From a virus (taxonomy: Duplodnaviria > Heunggongvirae > Uroviricota > Caudoviricetes), in the IMG/VR virus record IMGVR_UViG_2706794676_000001: a DNA stretch of 7,160 nt. One strand, given 5' to 3'. The notes below the pieces were generated by a model. It saw only the letters and a program-made list of their open reading frames with translations. It did no database searches and was not told the DNA's origin. The position numbers were made by a program, and so were the translations under genes. Positions 6,787 to 7,160 of this stretch are shown here, piece after piece (the stretch's first letter is position 1; each line of letters starts with the position of its first letter).

Positions 6787-7160
6787 CTACCCCCCAAGGC
6801 ATTGGATCCTGATGTACTCCTGAAGCATTCTCAATGCTGTCTGGTCGCTGATGATTCCGTCCCGGATACCGAGAACGTTTCGTCCAGCAACTGGAGAGAG
6901 TTCGACGGTGGCATCATTGCCCATGCCGGAGGCGCTGGAGGTTTCGGCTGAGGATGGCACAGGGCATTTTCCTTTGACGAGCACCCGACCACCATTATCA
7001 AGCTTGCGCCGAAGAGCATCATTTTCAGCTTTCGCATCAGCTAACTCCTTCGTGTATTTAGCATCGAGTGCATCAGCATCACGCTGGCGCTGCTGCATGT
7101 CAGTAATGGTTGCGTTCGCCAGCTTCAGTTCTCTTGCGTTTTTGTCGCGCTGCTCTTTGT
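6787..7160 (-). CDS. Rz: Rz-type i-spanin (inner-membrane spanin), 5'-partial; N-terminus lies beyond the window end
   Basis: Translation reads ...[51 protein letters not shown]..., a close match to my recollection of phage lambda Rz. The frame is open to the window edge at 7160. Stop is TAG at 6789-6787. Confidence 0.85.
   Translation of the reverse strand, partial: KEQRDKNARELKLANATITDMQQRQRDADALDAKYTKELADAKAENDALRRKLDNGGRVLVKGKCPVPSSAETSSASGMGNDATVELSPVAGRNVLGIRDGIISDQTALRMLQEYIRIQCLGG
6831..7037 (-). CDS. Rz1: Rz1-type o-spanin (outer-membrane lipoprotein spanin), nested in the +1 frame inside Rz
   Basis: 68-aa ORF with ATG at 7037-7035 preceded by a strong AAGGAG 7 nt upstream, and TGA at 6833-6831. 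Signal peptide with lipobox (LIMVVGC) followed by a proline-rich stretch ([11 protein letters not shown]), as in lambda Rz1. Fully embedded within Rz. Confidence 0.85.
   Translation of the reverse strand: MRKLKMMLFGASLIMVVGCSSKENALCHPQPKPPAPPAWAMMPPSNSLQLLDETFSVSGTESSATRQH

Noticed and set aside
1-7160. tRNA, rRNA, CRISPR array, insertion sequence or integrase
   Set aside because: No cloverleaf-like structures, direct-repeat arrays, terminal inverted repeats or transposase/integrase-like ORFs seen; the window is uninterrupted phage late genes plus one moron.

Overview
The window is the late-gene region of a lambdoid (lambda-like) enterobacterial prophage, with all phage genes on the minus strand and transcribed from high to low coordinates. 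In order: the 3' part of the Rz i-spanin gene with Rz1 nested inside it (6787-7160), a small terminase (5227-5991), a large terminase (3873-5303/5384), a portal gene (2407-3873), a Mu F / SPP1 gp7-type head morphogenesis gene (1773-2555), a 406-aa head-assembly protein with a long acidic linker (549-1769) and a 148-aa head-module protein (99-545). Two things stand out. First, the portal reading frame is continuous from an ATGA-coupled start at 3873 to the stop at 2407, but is broken by two in-frame TAG codons (3697-3699 and 3496-3498), leaving a 360-codon intact ORF. Second, an AT-rich gene on the opposite (+) strand (6189-6698) sits between the lysis cassette and the terminase, where lambda carries bor; it encodes a four-helix membrane protein that resembles DedA/YqaA-type proteins. 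No tRNA, rRNA, CRISPR array or transposase was seen. All family assignments rest on motifs I recognise by eye; no database search was run.
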